Of a DNA stretch of 64,000 nucleotides, positions 52,275 to 62,366 are shown in pieces (the stretch's first letter is position 1; every line of letters starts with the position of its first letter). The DNA comes from an uncultured cyanobacterium (GTDB lineage Bacteria > Cyanobacteriota > Cyanobacteriia > Cyanobacteriales > Nostocaceae). Under the pieces are notes generated by a model. That model was given only the letters and a program-made list of their open reading frames with translations. It did not search any database and was not told where the DNA came from. The stretch lies in the NCBI GenBank assembly GCA_963706595.1, contig OY970166.1, positions 4,000,001 through 4,064,000 on the forward strand, written 5' to 3'. The position numbers and the translations under genes were made by a program.

Positions 52275-54695
52275 CTAACGATGCTGATGCTGTTCTAATA
52301 ATGCTTGGGCTTTGGGTTTGTAAATTAGATAGAACAAAGCTTCCAAGTAGCGCAGCAAATCTTCGCGGTTTTCCTTGGAGGTAAAGTTCCAAAATCCATA
52401 AATCCGGGCTAAAGATAGCAATTTGGTGGTATGGATTTTCCAAGTATATGTAGTCAATACTCGGTTAATTCCTTCCTCAGAAACTGCATCCCAATATTGA
52501 GGACTTTGATCACACTTGCTCACAAATTCTAAGATTTTCTCGGCTGTTTCTTCTAAATTTGTGGGGTTAATGTAAAAGCCATTGATTTTATCTTGGATAA
52601 TTTCTAGTGGTCCACCAAATTGGGTTGCAAAAGTTGGTAGTCCTGAAACCATAGATTCCAAAATTGTCAAACCAAAGGCTTCAAATAAAGCTGGTTGGAC
52701 AAAGATACCTTTACGGTCAGCAATGACTCGATAAATTTCACCGGAATCAGATTTGCTTAAGCGCACACCTAACCAACGAATCTTACCGTAAAGATTGTAC
52801 TGTTCAATGATTTGATAGAGTTTGATAATTTCGTCCCGTTCTTCGTTGTCGCCTGAATCTTCTACACGCAACTTACCTGCGATTAAGATGAGGTTGCAAT
52901 GTTTCTGTAATTCTGGACTCTGACCATAGCATTCGGCTAAACCTGTGAGGTTTTTAATTCGGTCAAGACGCGCTACGGAGAACAGAGGGCGTTTTGTGGG
53001 GTCATCCAGTTTACCAAAAATTTGGTTGGGATCTTCCAAAGTAAAGAGGATATCAGCCAGGCGATCGCTATCAGCTTCTACTCTTTCTTCTTTGCGTGTG
53101 TAAGGGAAGTAGTAACTCTCGTTGACTCCAGGAGGTACAACGTTAAATTTAGGACTAAATAATTCAATCCCGTTGACTACGTGGTATAACTCCGGCATGG
53201 TGAAGCATTTGTACGATTCGTACTGTCCCACGCTATCCGGTGTCCCGACAATTTCTTGATAGGTACTGCTAACCACGAAGTTTGCTGCATTCATCGCAAT
53301 CAAATCGGCGGTAAATTGCAAGGAGAAATGATATTTATCTTCTAAGTCTTCCCAGTAGAGGTTACTAAACAGGTATTTGGATTTTTCCAAAGCGTGGGCG
53401 ATGTTACATTGAGTCACATCCATCCGTCGTGCTAAGAGAAATGCTACCAAGTTACCATCAGAGTAGTTACCCACGATTAAGTCGGGTCTACCTTGAAATT
53501 CGGCGAGGAGTTCTTTTTCAGAATCAATCGCAAAACTTTCTAAATAAGGCCAAAATTCAAATCGGGAAATCCAGTTTTGCGTCATATTAGGGTTGAATTC
53601 CCGCAGAGGTACGCGCAAAATCCAGGCGTTTTCTGTCCCGTGAACTTTTTCTAGGCGTTGGTTACACAGTGTCCCGTCACTATTGGGAATCAGACGGGTG
53701 AGAATAATTACTTTTGGCTCAACGTTCAGTCCATCTAAACCAGCTAAATGAGCATCTTCTTGGAGTTGCTTTTGCAGATTCTTGGCTTGGTCGAGGACAT
53801 AAACCACTTGTCCACCAGTATCAGGACGACCCAAAACGCCTTCTTGACCAAACCAACCATGCGCCGATACTAGGACGATTCTAAAAATCATCGGGATGCG
53901 AGAAATAAAGGCTTCGATGGTTTGGGGGTCAGGAGAATCAATCAATTCATCTAAAATATCCAGGGTGTCACCTACCCGCTTGGCTGTGTTACCCCAACCC
54001 GGTTCAAAACCCATCATTTGCAATTCAAAACGGAATTGTTCGTAGGGTTCATCTTTGGGGCGATCGCTCACAAAGGTGATCGCTTTTTTAATTTGCTGGG
54101 AAAGTTGCTGCTGAGTTGTGATGCGATCGTTGATTAGCAGTTGGACACCGTTGTATTGGTGGAGACGCAAGAAATTTAATAAGCTGTCCAGCAGTTGTTT
54201 TGAGTCTTGGAAAATTTTGCTGGAGAGATAGCGGTTGAGGAATTGTACCCCTTTACCAATATTTTTCGGGTCGCGGATAATTGGCGTGTAGTCATAAAAC
54301 GGACCGAAATCTAGTTCTAGCAGATCACCTTCTTGGGGATGAAATTTATTCACCAAGCGATCGCGTAGATCCAGTAATTCCTGTACTGACATTGGCTCAA
54401 CGTTCAAATCCTCTGTCAGCCAATACACTTCTTGACTAGCAATTTTAGGACGAATGATAAAACAAAGGTTGGAATCCTCTTGAATAATTTCCTGAGTATA
54501 GTAAATTAGTTTGCCTAAGCGAGAAGAAGCCGCAGCAGTTTCTGATTTTTCGGACTTGGAGCAATAATCAATAAAAACATTCAGGATGTCGTTACGCAGC
54601 AAGTAATTTTTTTCTTCCTGGCGTAACTGACTCACGAAGGAACGCAAATCGCTTTTTTCTTCGCTATCCAGGATTGCTTGGATTAATTCAGACAT
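52275..54695 (-). CDS. susA: Sucrose synthase
   Basis: 806 aa; GRPDTGGQVVY, AHALEK, EAFGLT motifs; N-terminus like Anabaena SusA. Confidence 0.93.
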   Translation of the reverse strand: MSELIQAILDSEEKSDLRSFVSQLRQEEKNYLLRNDILNVFIDYCSKSEKSETAAASSRLGKLIYYTQEIIQEDSNLCFIIRPKIASQEVYWLTEDLNVEPMSVQELLDLRDRLVNKFHPQEGDLLELDFGPFYDYTPIIRDPKNIGKGVQFLNRYLSSKIFQDSKQLLDSLLNFLRLHQYNGVQLLINDRITTQQQLSQQIKKAITFVSDRPKDEPYEQFRFELQMMGFEPGWGNTAKRVGDTLDILDELIDSPDPQTIEAFISRIPMIFRIVLVSAHGWFGQEGVLGRPDTGGQVVYVLDQAKNLQKQLQEDAHLAGLDGLNVEPKVIILTRLIPNSDGTLCNQRLEKVHGTENAWILRVPLREFNPNMTQNWISRFEFWPYLESFAIDSEKELLAEFQGRPDLIVGNYSDGNLVAFLLARRMDVTQCNIAHALEKSKYLFSNLYWEDLEDKYHFSLQFTADLIAMNAANFVVSSTYQEIVGTPDSVGQYESYKCFTMPELYHVVNGIELFSPKFNVVPPGVNESYYFPYTRKEERVEADSDRLADILFTLEDPNQIFGKLDDPTKRPLFSVARLDRIKNLTGLAECYGQSPELQKHCNLILIAGKLRVEDSGDNEERDEIIKLYQIIEQYNLYGKIRWLGVRLSKSDSGEIYRVIADRKGIFVQPALFEAFGLTILESMVSGLPTFATQFGGPLEIIQDKINGFYINPTNLEETAEKILEFVSKCDQSPQYWDAVSEEGINRVLTTYTWKIHTTKLLSLARIYGFWNFTSKENREDLLRYLEALFYLIYKPKAQALLEQHQHR

Positions 54696-55187
54696 AGTGA
54701 CACCTAACGTTGATTTTCATTTTTGACTTCCAGGACAGAGTTAACATCTCTTCCTTCCGCCTAATCACATACAAACACAAACAAACACAGACGAATTCTC
54801 TATCTGTGTTCCTTAGCTCACCCATGAGCAGACATCTTCATTCGTGTTTCTCTTTAGTCAGAATATCTGCTACTCAGTATTTTTGCACTCTAACTAAGGA
54901 CGGACAATTTCTCATCGCGTCTATGTTATGTCATGATTCTCACACAAAGTTGGCAAAATATTGTAAATTCTCAATTAAATAGTTTTTGGTGATTAATTAC
55001 AAAATTTATCATTCTTGACTAATAGACATCTGGTGAGAATTAAATGTGCGTTTCCTATAACCCTTGTAGAGACGTTCCATGGAACGTCTCTACATTCTTT
55101 TCTGGAGATGTTTAATGGCCTTGCCTGAATATTTAGATAAAGATTATCTCTAAATACAGAATCTGTACCAATATTAAATTAAAATAG

Positions 55188-55261
55188 GGCGAACGATGGG
55201 AATTGAACCCACGAATGGTGGTACCACAAACCACTGCCTTAACCACTTGGCTACGCTCGCC
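55188..55261 (-). tRNA. tRNA-His(GTG), G-1 encoded
   Basis: G-GCGAGCG/CGTTCGC-C acceptor, GTGGT-TTGTGGT-ACCAC anticodon arm, TTCAATT T loop. Confidence 0.96.
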
Positions 55262-55384
55262 ATTCGATATTCTTGATTATAGCACCTTGCTCGCCAAAAA
55301 ATCAAGACTTTTTTTCAAGGAACGGATTTTGTTAATTTAGAGTCTTTGGACTGCAATCACTATAGAGAATCGAAGCTAGAACAA

Positions 55385-55765
55385 ATGAAAGCACTGACCA
55401 TTATAGCCTGTTCGGGAGCAGTAGGACTAGCAGCCTTGGGGGTGGCAATGTCCACAACAAATCCATCTCCACCGGAATACGAAGAGTATGCAGCACAACG
55501 GCTCACAGAGTATCTCAAAACGGACATTTGCCAAAAAACCACAAATTTTCTCGAAAATTTAATCAAGTCTCAATGCGAAACTCTGGTGGATCAAGCCACT
55601 CCCCAAATGCGGGAAATCCTGGGACGCAGTACAGAACAGCAAAATTTTGTGATTTTCAGTATTTACAGGACGGATTTAAAACTGAGTTCCTTGATACCGA
55701 TTTATAAATTTGAAACCGTGGGAGCGTTTAATAACTTTTATACTTACACCGCAGAGCAGCAATAA
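55385..55765 (+). CDS. DUF4359-like exported protein
   Basis: N-terminal TM, TNP..EY..YA, NF.IFSIY.T, ETVG motifs. Confidence 0.8.
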   Translation: MKALTIIACSGAVGLAALGVAMSTTNPSPPEYEEYAAQRLTEYLKTDICQKTTNFLENLIKSQCETLVDQATPQMREILGRSTEQQNFVIFSIYRTDLKLSSLIPIYKFETVGAFNNFYTYTAEQQ

Positions 55766-55914
55766 GGGACTTCCAAGAAATAAATATCCGGATTAACGTT
55801 AGCGTAGCTTGCGCGTAGCGCGTACCACAAAGGCGCAGAGGACACAGAGGAATCAGGGTTGGAGAGGTTTTTTTACGTTAGGTGGTTGAGTATTTTTTTA
55901 TTTGGAAGTCCCTA
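55763..55914. mobile_element. MITE, copy 2 (inverted relative to 25776-25917), abutting the TAA stop of the upstream gene
   Basis: taagggacttccaa...ttggaagtcccta ends; interior homologous to copy 1. Confidence 0.8.
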
Positions 55915-56129
55915 AGCCAAAATTGGGGAATTACTGATTACTTCCACTCTATTCCGCAATTCTTTTTGAGTTGGCTTGTTCCTCAAGGATACTTCCCTTC
56001 TCGGATTTGGGCTGGTGGGACTCAAGTTTGGCAACACACGCAGGTTTTAGTCTCAAAGTTACCAAACTGTTACCGTGACATACTCCACACACTCCCTTTC
56101 AGGTGAGTGTAGGCTTCTCAACGACTCCT

Positions 56130-57329
56130 CTATGAGGACATTGGTTGAGCTTTAAGACCGTGTGTCCCACGGTTCTTGATATTTATAGCCGCATTCAAAT
56201 CTCTGCACAAACTCGCATGACATACAGGGCAGTTGTGCATTCTTTGGGATAGCGGCTTTTTAACTTTGTGACCACAACTAGAGCATTCTTGGCTTGTCCC
56301 GCTTGGGTTTACAGCGATTACTTTCAAGCCAGCATTTTCGGCTTTGTTTGAAAGAATGGTTATAAATTGTCCCCAACCAGCGTCATTAATACTTTTTGCC
56401 AACCATGTTCTAGCGAGTCCTTTTATATTCAACTTTTCTACAGCAATCACATCGTACTTTTTTAGGAGATTGTTTGCGGTTTTAAAGTGGAAATCTTTGC
56501 GGGTATCTGATACTTTCTTGTGTTGAATACCCAGTTTTTTAATCGCTTTTTTACGACGATTAGACCCTTTTTTTCTACGAGAAACGCGACGTTGCGCGGA
56601 TTTTAATTTACGTTCAGCTTTACGCAAAAACTTAGGGGCTGCAATCCTTCCATTGTCTGATGTAACAATAAAATCAATTAGTCCGACATCAATACCAACA
56701 ATATTATTAGCATTAAAATCAGGCTTAATGACTGGAACTGTTTTATCATCAAGGCTTAGAGTTATATAATACCCGTCTGCTTTTTTAGTGACAGACACAG
56801 TTTTAATATCAAAGCCATCGGGTATTTGACGATGAATAATTACTTTTACGTCGCCTATTTTTGAAAGCGTTATTTTGTTTTTAGCAAAATGATGTCTCTT
56901 AAATTGAGGATATGTAAATGTTTTATATTGCCCCGCACCTTTAAATCTAGGCCTGCCCGATTTTTTACCATTAACATCACCTTTTAACCATCGATCAAAG
57001 GCTAATTCAACTTTTTTAGGAACTTCTTGTAGCACCTGAGAATGAATATCTCTGTACCAAGGACGGTCTTTTTTAAGTTGAGTTAATGATACTTTTTGGC
57101 TGTAATAATTTGGCTTATCCTTGAGTTCTGGTAAATGACAAACGAAAATGGAACACCTATCAATAGGAGAACGGTTTTGTTCATACCAATTAAACCGTTG
57201 AGCAAGCAAATAATTGTATTGATAACGCAATTTTTCTAGCGTTTTATCAATCTTTTCTGCCTGTTCTTTCGTCGGCTTAATTTTGTATTGGTATGATATC
57301 CGCACCTGATTTTTGCTTTTTCCTGGCAT
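56130..57329 (-). CDS. tnpB: RNA-guided endonuclease TnpB (start uncertain)
   Basis: HTH N-terminus, RuvC D (GIDVG), E (AVEKL), D (RDLNAA), Zn finger CSSC/CPVC. Confidence 0.95.
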   Translation of the reverse strand: MPGKSKNQVRISYQYKIKPTKEQAEKIDKTLEKLRYQYNYLLAQRFNWYEQNRSPIDRCSIFVCHLPELKDKPNYYSQKVSLTQLKKDRPWYRDIHSQVLQEVPKKVELAFDRWLKGDVNGKKSGRPRFKGAGQYKTFTYPQFKRHHFAKNKITLSKIGDVKVIIHRQIPDGFDIKTVSVTKKADGYYITLSLDDKTVPVIKPDFNANNIVGIDVGLIDFIVTSDNGRIAAPKFLRKAERKLKSAQRRVSRRKKGSNRRKKAIKKLGIQHKKVSDTRKDFHFKTANNLLKKYDVIAVEKLNIKGLARTWLAKSINDAGWGQFITILSNKAENAGLKVIAVNPSGTSQECSSCGHKVKKPLSQRMHNCPVCHASLCRDLNAAINIKNRGTHGLKAQPMSS

Positions 57330-57381
57330 TGGTGTTACTGTTTTAGTATACACCAACTACAATAGATATGCCAAAAAGCTT

Positions 57382-57795
57382 GTGAAAAATGATTTTGTAT
57401 CGAAGGGAAGGTCGGTCAGCGATTTAAAAGTACATCTAGTTTTAACGACAAAATATAGACGCAAAGCCTTTACTGGAGAGATGTTACAGCGACTTCATCT
57501 TATCTTAGAGGAACTATTAGTAAAATGGGACTGCAAGCTTGTGGAGTTCAACGGAGAGGAAGATCATATTCATTGCTTATTTCAGTACCACCCGGACTTA
57601 GAATTAAGCAAACTGATAAATAATCTTAAATCAGTTTCTTCTAGAAAATTACGCCAAGAATTTTCAGAGCATCTAGCAAAAATTTATTGGAAAGATGTTT
57701 TTTGGAACGGATCTTATTTTGTAGCTAGTTGTGGTGGGGTAACTATTTCAACGTTACGAAAATATATTGAAAATCAAAATTCACCGGAAGAATAA
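57382..57795 (+). CDS. tnpA: Y1 HUH transposase TnpA (GTG start)
   Basis: HLVLTTKYRR, DHIH (HUH), FW..SYF, YIENQ. Confidence 0.95.
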   Translation: MKNDFVSKGRSVSDLKVHLVLTTKYRRKAFTGEMLQRLHLILEELLVKWDCKLVEFNGEEDHIHCLFQYHPDLELSKLINNLKSVSSRKLRQEFSEHLAKIYWKDVFWNGSYFVASCGGVTISTLRKYIENQNSPEE

Positions 57796-57958
57796 GGAAA
57801 TGCTCGTTTCCTCCGTGTCTCCCTTCCTCGCTGTCGCATTGGTCGGGAGACTGTCGTCAACTCACGCGCAATTCATCTCATCACTTCCACTATCGTGGTA
57901 AGTGAGAGGCTTCTTGCTGTTTAAGCTAAAAATAGCTCCTAAAAGTGAAACCTTTTCC

Positions 57959-58666
57959 ATGACATCTGCGTATTTACTAGTATCCCACGGCAGTCGTGAC
58001 CCCCGCCCAGAAGTTGCTATGCAGCAATTAGCTGGGTTGGTGTCTCATAAATTGGGTAATACCAAACATCCGGTAGCTATAGCTGCTTTGGAATTACAAC
58101 CTCAGCCTTTACATCAGCAGATCCAAAAATTTGCTACTTCGGTTGACGAGGTTGATTGCTTGCAGGTTGTCCCGCTATTTCTGTTACCGGGTGTCCATGT
58201 AATGACGGATATTCCTGATCAGATTGCTTTGGCAAAACAGGCTCTTGGTGAAGAGATCACGATTAATCTGCGTCCCCATCTTGGTAGTCATCCTGGTTTA
58301 ATTACGTTACTATCCGAGCAAATGGCTACAATGAAAGCCGAAACCACAATTTTGTTAGCTCATGGTAGCCGTCGTCTTGGTTCTTTAGAAGCAATTGAAA
58401 CCATAGCCGCGAAGTTGGGCGCTGTAACTGCTTATTGGGCTGTAGCTCCTAGTTTAGAATCGCGGATACAAGATTTGGTAGCTGGGGGAAAGAGGGAAGT
58501 GACAATTTTGCCGTACTTTTTATTTACAGGTGGCATCACTGATGCGATCGCTCAGTCCATAGAAAAGTTAAAATTACAATTTCCTGCTGTGACTTTCCAA
58601 TTGGCTGCGCCTTTGGGAGCAAGTGCAGAATTAGCTGAGATCATTGGGGATTTAATAGATACATGA
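57959..58666 (+). CDS. sirB: Sirohydrochlorin chelatase (SirB/CbiX family)
   Basis: Two HGSR half-domains, PLFLLPGVH; ATGA overlap with cobA. Confidence 0.85.
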   Translation: MTSAYLLVSHGSRDPRPEVAMQQLAGLVSHKLGNTKHPVAIAALELQPQPLHQQIQKFATSVDEVDCLQVVPLFLLPGVHVMTDIPDQIALAKQALGEEITINLRPHLGSHPGLITLLSEQMATMKAETTILLAHGSRRLGSLEAIETIAAKLGAVTAYWAVAPSLESRIQDLVAGGKREVTILPYFLFTGGITDAIAQSIEKLKLQFPAVTFQLAAPLGASAELAEIIGDLIDT

Positions 58667-59442
58667 GCCGCACAGAGAAAGAAACGCAAAAGTGTTTGGG
58701 TAAGGTTTATTTGGTAGGTGCGGGACCAGGAGATCCAGGACTCATGACCCTTAAAGGTAAGGGTTTATTAGAATGTGCAGATGTAGTTATCTATGATGCT
58801 TTGGTCAGTCCAGCAATTTTGGCTATGATTAATCCCCAAGCTGAAAAAATCAACGCTGGAAAGCGTATGGGGAGACATTCATTATTACAAGAAGAAACCA
58901 CCCATTTATTAATTGAAAAGGCGCAGGAACAAGCTGTAGTGGTGCGTCTTAAAGGTGGCGACCCGTTTATCTTTGGTCGCGGTGGCGAGGAAATGGCTGA
59001 TTTAGTTGCATCTGGGGTGTCTGTAGAAGTTGTGCCGGGAATTACATCAGGAATTGCGGCTTCTGCCTATGCGGGCATACCTTTAACTCATAGATTATAT
59101 AGTTCCTCTGTTACTTTTGTAACTGGACATGAGTCAGCAGGCAAGTATAAACCACAGGTAAATTGGCAGGCGATCGCTCACGGTTCAGAAACCATTGTCA
59201 TTTACATGGGCATTCACAATTTACCTTATATTGTGGAACAATTAAATCAAGCTGGGCTGGATTTACAGACACCCATAGCCTTAGTCCGTTGGGGTACACG
59301 ACCAGAACAAGAAGAACTAATTGGCACTTTAGAAACCATTATTGGACAAGTTGCAGAAACTGGATTTAGCGCTCCGGCGATCGCAGTCATTGGCTCAGTA
59401 GTAAATCTGCACAGTATTCTCTCTGGTTGTCGTCCTGTTTGA
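58663..59442 (+). CDS. cobA: Uroporphyrinogen-III C-methyltransferase
   Basis: VGAGPGDP, RLKGGDPFIFGRGGEE, GIPLTHR motifs. Confidence 0.95.
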   Translation: MSRTEKETQKCLGKVYLVGAGPGDPGLMTLKGKGLLECADVVIYDALVSPAILAMINPQAEKINAGKRMGRHSLLQEETTHLLIEKAQEQAVVVRLKGGDPFIFGRGGEEMADLVASGVSVEVVPGITSGIAASAYAGIPLTHRLYSSSVTFVTGHESAGKYKPQVNWQAIAHGSETIVIYMGIHNLPYIVEQLNQAGLDLQTPIALVRWGTRPEQEELIGTLETIIGQVAETGFSAPAIAVIGSVVNLHSILSGCRPV

Positions 59443-59463
59443 AAAATTTAATAGGAGGATAAA

Positions 59464-60090
59464 ATGGGATTTTACTCACAAAAAATACTTCCTTATCTCC
59501 TTGATTGGTCTTTATCAGACCCTAATATTGCCAAATATCGAAAAGAAATTTTGGCAGAAGTAAAAGGGGAAGTTTTAGAAATAGGTTTTGGTACAGGTTT
59601 AAATCTTTCCTACTATCCGAAAGAACTAGAAAAGCTGATTACCATTGATTCTAATCCCGGAGTGCATAAATTAGCACAAAAACGTATTCAATCATCCTCC
59701 ATTACAGTAGATAATCGCATTCTAAATAGTGAAAATTTACCAATGGCAGATGACACCTTTGATAGTGTGGTCAGCACTTTTACTTTATGCAGTATTGCCA
59801 AAGTTGAACAAGCGCTAAAAGAAGTCTATCGGGTATTAAAACCGGGAGGAAAATTTTTCTTTGTAGAACATGGATTGAGTAATGAACCTAAAATCCAAGT
59901 TTGGCAAAACCGATTAACACCCATACAGAAAGTTATCGGAGATGGGTGTCATTTGAATCGCAATATTAGACAATTAGTTGAGCAACAGTTCGATACTGTC
60001 ACCTTAGAAGAATTTGTTGGTGAAAACTTACCAAAAATTGCCGGATATCTATATAAAGGAGTGGCAACAAAAGCGGTGAAAAGTTCGTAG
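59464..60090 (+). CDS. Class I SAM-dependent methyltransferase
   Basis: LEIGFGTG, FTLCSI, RVLKPGG..EH, GC.LNR. Confidence 0.9.
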   Translation: MGFYSQKILPYLLDWSLSDPNIAKYRKEILAEVKGEVLEIGFGTGLNLSYYPKELEKLITIDSNPGVHKLAQKRIQSSSITVDNRILNSENLPMADDTFDSVVSTFTLCSIAKVEQALKEVYRVLKPGGKFFFVEHGLSNEPKIQVWQNRLTPIQKVIGDGCHLNRNIRQLVEQQFDTVTLEEFVGENLPKIAGYLYKGVATKAVKSS

Positions 60091-60283
60091 TGTTCGCGTA
60101 GCGTCTCCGAGAGGAGATAGAGAGGACTTTAGTCCTCATCTTAAAAAAAACATATACAGAACATATAGCCGTCCTAAATCATTTCTAAACCTCTTTACTT
60201 CTTCACTTGGCGACCTTGGCGACTAAAGCCCTGGGGGCATACGCTGCGCGAAGGCGGTTAGATAAATTCATAAATCAAATAGG

Positions 60284-61492
60284 ATGGCTAAAGTGGCACA
60301 AATTATCATTGTAGGCGCAGGTCCCACAGGTGCAGCACTAGCCCTACTCCTGGTGAAACGTGGTATTAATGTCACGCTAATTGAAGCAGCAAAAGACTTT
60401 AATCGTATATTTCGCGGTGAGGGATTAATGCCTAGTGGGTTAGATGCACTCACACAAATGGGACTATCTACACTCTTAGAGAATATTCCATCTCGAAAAC
60501 TCGATGGTTGGGAGTTCATCATTGAGGGAAAACAATTATTTCGCGTAGACGAGCCAATGGGGTCAACTCGTCCCTGTACACTGGTGTCACAACCGCCACT
60601 GCTCAAAGCCTTAATTTCCGAAGCTCAAACCCATGATGGATTTGAATTTATCCCAGGCGTTGCTGTCAAAGATTTATTTTGGAATAATCAGCGTGTTGCA
60701 GGTGTAATACTCAGTGATGGGCGACAAATTACGGCTGATTTAGTGATTGGGGCGGATGGTCGTAACTCAATTGTGCGGGAACGTGCAGGATTAAAATTAG
60801 TACATCAGCCCAAAAATATCGATATTCTCTGGTTTAAGTTGGCAGCTAGTCCCCAGTTTGCAGATGATAATGTGTTTCGGACGATAGTAAATAGCGATCG
60901 CATCTTTAGCATCTTTCATGGAGCAGAGTCTGATAAACTACATTTAGCTTATGTAATCTCCGCCAACGAAAAAACCGATTACAAACAAGCAAATTGGGCA
61001 GAAATTTTCGCCTCATTATCCCCCGCATGGTTAGCAGAGCATTTTCGCAATTACGCAGATACTATCGAATCTCCCATTAAACTCTCTGTTGTGGTTGGTT
61101 GTTGTCCACAATGGCACGCACCAGGGATATTACTTTTAGGTGATGCTGCACACCCCATGTCGCCTGTCCGCGCTCAGGGTATAAATATAGCGTTGCGTGA
61201 TGTAATTGTTGCAGCTAATTATTTAGTACCGATATTGCAAGCAGACGCGGAACACCAAAAAATTGATACTGCACTATCACAGATTCAAGCAGAACGTCAG
61301 CCAGAAATTATCCGCGCCCAGCAACTTCAGTTACAAGAAGCTGCACAAGGCGAACTACTGCGAAACAATTCCCTAGTGCGATCGCTCTTAATCCAATTTT
61401 CGCCTTTGTTACGTCCTATGATTAAACTCTCTTGGTTAAGGCGACAACTTCAAATGCGCCAGGGCATCACACAAGTCAATCTAAAAGTATAA
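60284..61492 (+). CDS. FAD-dependent monooxygenase/oxidoreductase
   Basis: GAGPTG, GADGRNS, GDAAHPMSP..AQG motifs. Confidence 0.9.
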   Translation: MAKVAQIIIVGAGPTGAALALLLVKRGINVTLIEAAKDFNRIFRGEGLMPSGLDALTQMGLSTLLENIPSRKLDGWEFIIEGKQLFRVDEPMGSTRPCTLVSQPPLLKALISEAQTHDGFEFIPGVAVKDLFWNNQRVAGVILSDGRQITADLVIGADGRNSIVRERAGLKLVHQPKNIDILWFKLAASPQFADDNVFRTIVNSDRIFSIFHGAESDKLHLAYVISANEKTDYKQANWAEIFASLSPAWLAEHFRNYADTIESPIKLSVVVGCCPQWHAPGILLLGDAAHPMSPVRAQGINIALRDVIVAANYLVPILQADAEHQKIDTALSQIQAERQPEIIRAQQLQLQEAAQGELLRNNSLVRSLLIQFSPLLRPMIKLSWLRRQLQMRQGITQVNLKV

Positions 61493-61613
61493 AAAACCTT
61501 TAGCTATGATGCGCTCAATTCCATTTTTTGGAGGATTTGTAGAGCCTTTTATGACGGCATTGCTTAAAATGTAAAGAGAATAATCATGCATACTTCAATC
61601 CAATATCCATTCT

Positions 61614-61826
61614 ATGCAAATTACCCTTAACCTTGATGAATCGCTTCTCAACGAAGCCTTTCAACTGACTAACCTCACCACCCAAGAAGAACTTATGAAT
61701 CTTGCTCTAAAAGAATTTGTGAGATCGCGCCGTAAGAAAAACCTTCTCGACCTTGCGGGACAGATTCAATTTGCCCCAGATTTTGATTATAAAGCCCTAC
61801 GTGAAACTCGTCATGTTGCTGATTGA
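61614..61826 (+). CDS. vapB: VapB-family antitoxin
   Basis: RHH-like M.ITLNLDE.L; C-terminal DYKALR; overlaps vapC. Confidence 0.85.
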   Translation: MQITLNLDESLLNEAFQLTNLTTQEELMNLALKEFVRSRRKKNLLDLAGQIQFAPDFDYKALRETRHVAD

Positions 61827-62211
61827 TACATCTGTGTGGATCAGCGTCTTCCGCAATCGCAGTGGTCAAGTTCGCCAGCAGCTTGAAACTCTGGTTGCGA
61901 ATCGGCCGGTACAACTCACTCGGTTCACCCAGCTTGAATTGTTGCAAGGTAGTCTGAATGAGCAAGAGTGGACTCTCCTCTCTACTTATCTTGAAACACA
62001 AGACTACGTTGAACTCACGCCTTCTTCGTGGCAAGAGGCTGCACGTATCTACTACGACTTGCGCCGCCAAGGGCTTACCGTTCGTAGTCCAATCGATTGC
62101 TGTATTGCTCAAGTGGCACTGGAAAATAATTTGCTTTTGATCCATGATGATCGTGACTTCGAGACCATTGCTCAAGTGCGATCTCTCCAACACCTTCGTT
62201 TTCAGCCTTGA
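61813..62211 (+). CDS. vapC: VapC PIN-domain ribonuclease toxin
   Basis: LIDTSVWI, ELLQG, DCCIA, HDDRDF; ATG at 61813. Confidence 0.9.
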   Translation: MLLIDTSVWISVFRNRSGQVRQQLETLVANRPVQLTRFTQLELLQGSLNEQEWTLLSTYLETQDYVELTPSSWQEAARIYYDLRRQGLTVRSPIDCCIAQVALENNLLLIHDDRDFETIAQVRSLQHLRFQP

Positions 62212-62366
62212 ATCCTCTAATCGTACTTAAGGGTTGGGGTTAGCTATTGCTGTGGCGATCGCCCAAAGTTATGTGTTTTACATTGGGCAAAGATTGTAAA
62301 TAATCATTAAATATAGCTAATAAATTTTTTACTAAATAAGGTATTTATGATACTTAAATCAACTAA

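Larger units (their letters stand above)
56075..57930 (-). mobile_element. IS200/IS605-family insertion sequence with divergent tnpA and tnpB (left end approximate)
   Basis: On the minus strand both ends have AGAAGCCT before a subterminal hairpin; right end terminates in GTCAC at 56075. Confidence 0.9.

Noticed and set aside
57313..57381. Long N-terminal extensions of tnpA, sirB (57902) and vapC (61753) in the ORF track
   Set aside because: Family N-termini fit later starts (57382, 57959, 61813); the extensions run through IS ends or neighbouring genes.
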